Shown here: one piece after another, positions 29,661 through 32,000 of the stretch
Layout: the number at the start of each line of letters is the position of its first letter
How positions within the stretch are numbered: position 1 is the stretch's first letter
Made by a program: the position numbers and the translations under genes
The notes under the pieces: model-generated
The model's database searches: none
The model's input: only the letters and a program-made list of their open reading frames with translations
What the model was told of the DNA's origin: nothing
Assembly (NCBI RefSeq): GCF_000014785.1
Contig: NC_008340.1
Coordinates: 1,440,001 to 1,472,000 of the forward strand
Direction: 5' to 3'
DNA: 32,000 nucleotides
Origin: Alkalilimnicola ehrlichii MLHE-1
GTDB taxonomy: Bacteria > Pseudomonadota > Gammaproteobacteria > Nitrococcales > Halorhodospiraceae

Positions 29661-30974
29661 ATGGAGCAGCCTCGCATCAACCGGCGACAGGCGCTGGGCC
29701 TGCTGGGCGCCGCGGGCGCCGTTACCGCCATGACCGGCCTGGGTGTGCCGATGGCCGCGCGGGCCGGCGGCGCGGGTCACGTGGTTGTGGTGGGTGGTGG
29801 TTTCGGTGGGGCCACTGCGGCCAAGTTCCTGAAACGCTTCAATCCGGCGGTGGAGGTCACCCTGGTGGAGGCCTCTGAGCACTTTTATACCTGCCCGTTC
29901 AGCAACTGGTACCTGGGCGGAATCAAGGAGATGGCCTACATCCGCCACGGCTACGACGAGTTGCGGGAGCACTACGGCGTGCATGTGGTGCACGCCACGG
30001 CCGAGGATGTGGACGGTGATCGCCACGAGGTGCGGTTGAGCACGGGCGAGCGGCTCCGCTACGACAAGCTGGTGCTCTCGCCCGGCATCGACTTCGATTG
30101 GGACGGGCTGGCCGGCTACGACGAGGCCGCGGCAGAGAAGGCCCCGCACGCCTGGAAGGCCGGCGAGCAAAGCCGGCTGCTGCGCCGTCAGTTGGAGGCC
30201 ATGGAGGATGGTGGGCTGTTCATCCTGCGCGCCCCGGAGAACCCCTTCCGGTGTCCGCCCGGCCCGTATGAGCGGGTGAGTCTGATCGCCCACTACTTCA
30301 AGCAGCACAAGCCGCGGTCCAAGATCCTGTTGCTCGATGCCAAGGACAACTTCTCCAAGCAGCCGCTGTTTTTGGACGGCTGGGCGGAGTTTTACGGTGA
30401 CATGATCGAGTGGGTGGGCGCCTCGCAGGACGGCCGGGTGGTGGCCGTGGACGCCGACCGTCGGGAGGTGGAGACGGAGTTCGGAACCCGCCACAGGGCC
30501 GACGTGTTGAACGTGGTGCCGCCGCAGAAGGCCGGTTTCATCGCCCGCCGGGCCGGGGTGACGGACGCCAGCGGCTGGGTACCGGTCAAGCCACAGACCT
30601 TTGAGTCGACCCAGATCGAGGACATCTACGTGGTGGGTGACGCCACCATCGCGGCACCGATGCCAAAATCGGGCTTTTGTGCCAACGCCCAGGCCAAGGT
30701 GGTGGCCTCGGCCATCGTCTCCGAGTTTGCCGGGCACGCGCCGCCCCCGGCAGTCTGGAACAACACCTGCTACAGTCTCATCGCGCCAGGTTACGGTATC
30801 TCCGTGGCCGGGGTGTACAAGGTCATCGACGGCCATATTGCCGAGGTGCCCGGGTCCGGAGGCGTCAGCCCCCGGGAGGCCGATGAGGCGTTCCGCGCCA
30901 GGGAGGCGGAGTACGCCGTTAACTGGTACGAGGCCATCAGCGAAGACACCTGGGGCACCCGCTTCCGCGGTTGA
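29661..30974 (+). CDS. fccB: Sulfide dehydrogenase (flavocytochrome c) flavoprotein subunit, Tat-type signal
   Basis: ATG at 29661; NRRQALGLLGAAGAV Tat-like signal; VVVVGGGFGGATAAKFLKRF FAD motif; FYTCPFSNWYLGG; redox Cys contexts NPFRCPPGPYER and KSGFCANAQAKVVA. Confidence 0.92.
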   Translation: MEQPRINRRQALGLLGAAGAVTAMTGLGVPMAARAGGAGHVVVVGGGFGGATAAKFLKRFNPAVEVTLVEASEHFYTCPFSNWYLGGIKEMAYIRHGYDELREHYGVHVVHATAEDVDGDRHEVRLSTGERLRYDKLVLSPGIDFDWDGLAGYDEAAAEKAPHAWKAGEQSRLLRRQLEAMEDGGLFILRAPENPFRCPPGPYERVSLIAHYFKQHKPRSKILLLDAKDNFSKQPLFLDGWAEFYGDMIEWVGASQDGRVVAVDADRREVETEFGTRHRADVLNVVPPQKAGFIARRAGVTDASGWVPVKPQTFESTQIEDIYVVGDATIAAPMPKSGFCANAQAKVVASAIVSEFAGHAPPPAVWNNTCYSLIAPGYGISVAGVYKVIDGHIAEVPGSGGVSPREADEAFRAREAEYAVNWYEAISEDTWGTRFRG

Positions 30975-31055
30975 CCTCCCGGGTGCGGCGCTGGGTGACA
31001 GCCCCGGGTGCGGGAAGGCGCACCCGGGGCGCGTTACGTGTGGGAGGAGCATTTC

Positions 31056-32000
31056 TTGGAGGCAGTGGAGCACACGACCCTGGTCAATCTGGGCGGTCTG
31101 GTGATTGGGTTGGTTTTTGGCATCGTCGGCCGGCGGAGTGGTTTCTGCCTGACCCGGGGTCTGCAGCGCTGTTTTCAGGCCGGTGACGGTGGCAAGCTGC
31201 GCACCTTCGCGCTGGCCGTGGTCACGGCACTGGTGGGGTCGCAGCTTCTGGCCAGCCTGGGGGTGATCGATCTCGGCCGGACTCACTACCTGGCCCCGGA
31301 GTTCTCCTGGCTGCTGGTTCCGCTGGGGGGCGTGTTGTTCGGTTACGGGATGGTCATGGCCAACGGCTGTGGGGCCCGTGCCGCCGTGTTGCTGGGGGGT
31401 GGTAATCTGCGCTCTTTCGTGGTGCTGACCTGCCTCGGGGTGGCGGCGTTCATGGCACTTACCGGGGTGTTTGCCGGCTGGCGCCTGGCGCTGGCCGAGG
31501 CCACGGGGCTGCGCCTGGCCCTGGGTGCGGGGCTGCACGGCTGGCTGGCCAGCGCGGGGCTGCCGGAGCTGTTGGCGCGCTGGCTGATGGTGCTGGTGCT
31601 GGCGATTCCGCTGCTGGTCTATGTGTTCAGCGATCAGGGGTATCGCCACCGCCGCCAGGAGTGGGCGGCGGGCATCCTTGTGGGGCTTCTGGTGCCCGCT
31701 GGCTGGTGGGTCACCGGTTCCCTGGGCGCCGACGACTTCGACCCGGTACCGGTGGTCTCACTGACCTTCGTGGCGCCGATTGGCGACGGTATCCAATACC
31801 TCATGTTGGCGAGCGGTACCGATCTGAGCTTTGGTGTCACCGTGGTGGCGGGGGTATTGCTGGGTTCGCTGGCCACCGCGCTGGTGACCGGGAGCTTCCA
31901 ACTGGAGGGCTTTCCCAGCCCCCAGCGCATGCTCCGGGCTATGGGCGGAGGGGCGCTGATGGGGATTGGCGGCGCCCTGGCCCTGGGCTGTTCCATTGGC
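31056..32000 (+). CDS. YeeE/YedE (TsuA-like) family membrane protein, putative sulfur-compound transporter; truncated by window end
   Basis: Open frame to the window edge, missing from the supplied ORF track. By-eye translation: VEHTTLVNLGGLVIGLVFGIVGRRSGFCLTRGLQRCF...GVLFGYGMVMANGCGARAAVLLGGGNLRSFVVL...MGGGALMGIGGALALGCSIG. Possible starts TTG 31056, GTG 31065, GTG 31038; ggaggag RBS at about 31043. Confidence 0.88.
   Translation, partial: MEAVEHTTLVNLGGLVIGLVFGIVGRRSGFCLTRGLQRCFQAGDGGKLRTFALAVVTALVGSQLLASLGVIDLGRTHYLAPEFSWLLVPLGGVLFGYGMVMANGCGARAAVLLGGGNLRSFVVLTCLGVAAFMALTGVFAGWRLALAEATGLRLALGAGLHGWLASAGLPELLARWLMVLVLAIPLLVYVFSDQGYRHRRQEWAAGILVGLLVPAGWWVTGSLGADDFDPVPVVSLTFVAPIGDGIQYLMLASGTDLSFGVTVVAGVLLGSLATALVTGSFQLEGFPSPQRMLRAMGGGALMGIGGALALGCSIG

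Noticed and set aside
29655-31649. 664-aa minus-strand ORF across the FCSD and YeeE/YedE genes
   Set aside because: Shadow ORF from high GC third positions; Pro/Gln/His-rich with no recognisable domain, and fully antisense to two well-supported genes.

Overview
This is a GC-rich gammaproteobacterial chromosomal segment (inference; the gene order resembles Pseudomonas and Ectothiorhodospiraceae-type genomes), densely coding and mostly housekeeping. From left to right it holds: (1) a + strand block trpF-trpB-trpA-accD-folC-SPOR protein-cvpA-purF-metZ; (2) suhB (-) divergent from trmJ, then cysE, a lone iscA-type gene, ndk-rlmN-pilF-rodZ, and hisS-yfgM-like-bamB-NRDE protein; (3) adk, a DUF2288-like protein, an isochorismatase-fold hydrolase and a gamma-glutamylcyclotransferase-like protein; (4) a sulfur region with cysH-cobA-cysD-cysN on the - strand, divergent from cysI and a DUF934 protein, followed by a c-type cytochrome, a flavocytochrome-c sulfide dehydrogenase flavoprotein and a YeeE/YedE-type membrane protein that runs off the right edge. 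I see no CRISPR array, prophage, transposon, tRNA or rRNA, and no convincing novel multi-gene system. The observations most worth a second look are: a vestigial, P-loop-less APS-kinase (CysC-like) tail fused to CysN beside an Fe-S APS-reductase-type CysH; a terminator-like hairpin plus T-tract placed directly before hisS, where ispG is often found; a repeated TTGCTT/GCTTA element with inverted copies in the divergent cysH/cysI promoter region; an isc locus apparently reduced to iscA; and an AT-rich leader with phased heptamers and a 16-bp perfect palindrome upstream of the sulfide dehydrogenase genes. All coordinates are read by eye from the sequence and the ORF track.
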